In this document: piece by piece, positions 63,901-64,000 of the stretch
Position numbering within the stretch: the stretch's first letter is position 1
Layout: each line of letters starts with the position of its first letter
Assembly: GCA_040285855.1 (NCBI GenBank)
Contig: JAUFOQ010000004.1
Coordinates: 2,666,001-2,730,000, forward strand
DNA from: Eukaryota sp. GEM-RC1
Lineage: Eukaryota
DNA: 64,000 nt
Direction: 5' to 3'
Notes under the pieces: generated by a model
Seen by the model: only the letters and a program-made list of their open reading frames with translations
Database searches by the model: none
What the model was told of the DNA's origin: nothing
Program-made: the position numbers and the translations under genes

Positions 63901-64000
63901 TTTGTGTTTATCTTAGAGTATTTGTTCCATAAAATCAGGTTTAGTTAAAAAAATAACACTAAAAAAGGCAACTTTTCATATCAGTATTGTTGTAAAAGGC

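Overview
Eukaryotic nuclear DNA from an AT-rich, gene-dense flagellated protist. It uses the standard code, has 28-31 nt GT-AG introns and carries a dynein-assembly gene; a metamonad-like lineage is inferred, not shown. Zone 1 (1-24147, minus strand) is one giant secreted or surface protein gene of more than 8000 codons that runs off the left edge: signal peptide, LamG/ConA-like domain, pectin-lyase-type cap, then about 20.7 near-identical 1038-bp (346-aa) repeats. Its ORF breaks are recurrent 1-nt indels, mostly in homopolymers. Zone 2 (28.4-42.9 kb) is a compact housekeeping cluster: LRRC6/DNAAF11, DUF866/CZIB, TMEM222-like, an orphan 3x repeat protein, an LRR protein, Sec15, MPP10 and strumpellin/WASHC5. 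Zone 3 (24.3-27.4 kb and 42.9-64 kb) is rich in transposon remnants: a triple-nested hAT stack, pogo/Tc1-type elements and MITEs, MULE remnants and about 10 fragments of a restriction-like-endonuclease (RLE, CRE-like) LINE family. It also holds a recent tandem duplication with empty insertion sites, a Crinkler/RHS-type NTPase plus PD-(D/E)XK nuclease gene, and an 18S rRNA fragment fused to the LINE 3' tail with an A-tract and 12-bp TSD (a SINE-like retroposed chimera).
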